Source: an uncultured Planctomycetales bacterium (lineage in GTDB: Bacteria; Omnitrophota; Gorgyraeia; Gygaellales; Profunditerraquicolaceae). From it: DNA of 56,474 bases. Shown piece by piece: positions 55,870 through 56,474 of this stretch. Position numbers and translations under genes: made by a program. The number at the start of each line of letters is the position of its first letter. The stretch's first letter is position 1. The DNA is taken from NCBI GenBank assembly GCA_964487475.1, contig CAZAPM010000014.1, forward strand, positions 1 through 56,474. Direction: 5' to 3'. The notes below the pieces were generated by a model that saw nothing but the letters and a program-made list of their open reading frames with translations, made no database searches and was not told the DNA's origin.

Positions 55870-56474
55870 AAACTTATTGGATGGCGCTCATCTATCTGGC
55901 GGCCGCTCCCTTGCTCGGGGGCTTGATCGCCGGTATTGACCGCCGGATCAGCGCCCGCATGCAGTCGAGGAAGGGGCCGCCGATATTGCAGCCTTTCTTT
56001 GACGTGGGCAAGCTCCTTTCCAAGGAGACCCTGGTGGTGCGCCGCTCCCAGAACTTCTACATCTATTATTTCCTGCTCCTGGCGATCTTTACCGGAGCGC
56101 TCTTCTTTACGGGCGGCGATCTGCTTCTGGTGATCTTCGCTCTGGCGCTGGCCGGGATATTCTTCGTGCTGGCGGGGTTCAAGGCCAGCTCGCCCTACAG
56201 TTTCGTGGGCGCGCAGCGCGAGCTTCTGCAGATGATCTCTTACGAGCCGGCGGTGATCCTGGCGGCGATCGGCATGTACATGGTCACGGGAAGTTTTTAC
56301 GTGCGGGAGATCGCGGCGTACCCTGTGCTCCTGGTGCAGAAGCTGCCGGGGATATTCTTCTCCTTCATATTCATCCTGGCGATGAAACTGCGCAAATCGC
56401 CCTTTGACCTTTCCACCTCGCATCATGCGCATCAGGAGCTGGTCAAGGGGATCACCACGGAGTTCTCCGGCCGC
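55866..56474 (+). CDS. echB: Energy-converting hydrogenase membrane subunit (EchB, NuoH family), 3' partial
   Basis: Translated by hand: GIDRRISARMQSRKGPPILQPFFDV.KL, SSPYS..GAQRELLQM.SYEP, KSPFDLSTSHHAHQELVKG; runs off the window. Confidence 0.87.
   Translation, partial: MKTYWMALIYLAAAPLLGGLIAGIDRRISARMQSRKGPPILQPFFDVGKLLSKETLVVRRSQNFYIYYFLLLAIFTGALFFTGGDLLLVIFALALAGIFFVLAGFKASSPYSFVGAQRELLQMISYEPAVILAAIGMYMVTGSFYVREIAAYPVLLVQKLPGIFFSFIFILAMKLRKSPFDLSTSHHAHQELVKGITTEFSGR

Overview
A GC-rich, gene-dense chromosomal segment of an anaerobic diderm bacterium; nearly all genes are on the + strand. The gene set (lpxD, lpxC-fabZ fusion, lpxA, lpxI, Zn-ribbon SpoVG, split transketolase, four-subunit POR, Ech) suggests a PVC-type lineage such as Omnitrophota, which is inference only. 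Content in order: fba, ilvD-ilvB-ilvN-ilvC, leuA, aroE, pilD, malQ, ttcA, rmuC, pgeF, sirtuin, cutA-ccdA-tlpA, pncB, ybaB, a core methionine synthase, porCDAB, a DPSL-like ferritin, ferredoxin, SurA/PpiD, hisG, tkt, ispE-spoVG-tRNAGln-glmU-prs-rplY-pth, rpsF-ssb-rpsR-rplI-dnaB, bamA-skp-lpx genes, then a tRNA-rich region (Arg, Lys, two Ser) interleaved with serS and glycosylation-type membrane genes, ending in echA-echB. I found no transposase, integrase, phage gene, rRNA or CRISPR array. Signals worth a second look: a ~119-nt structured, promoter-preceded element in front of tRNA-Lys; several nested or paired palindromic REP/REPIN-like elements; CDSs starting 5-18 nt after four of the five tRNAs; non-canonical tRNA-Arg(UCG) and tRNA-Gln; a 33-aa bS22/mS38-like ORF missed by the ORF track; a MesB-like folate-independent methionine synthase; and several uncharacterised or degenerate proteins.
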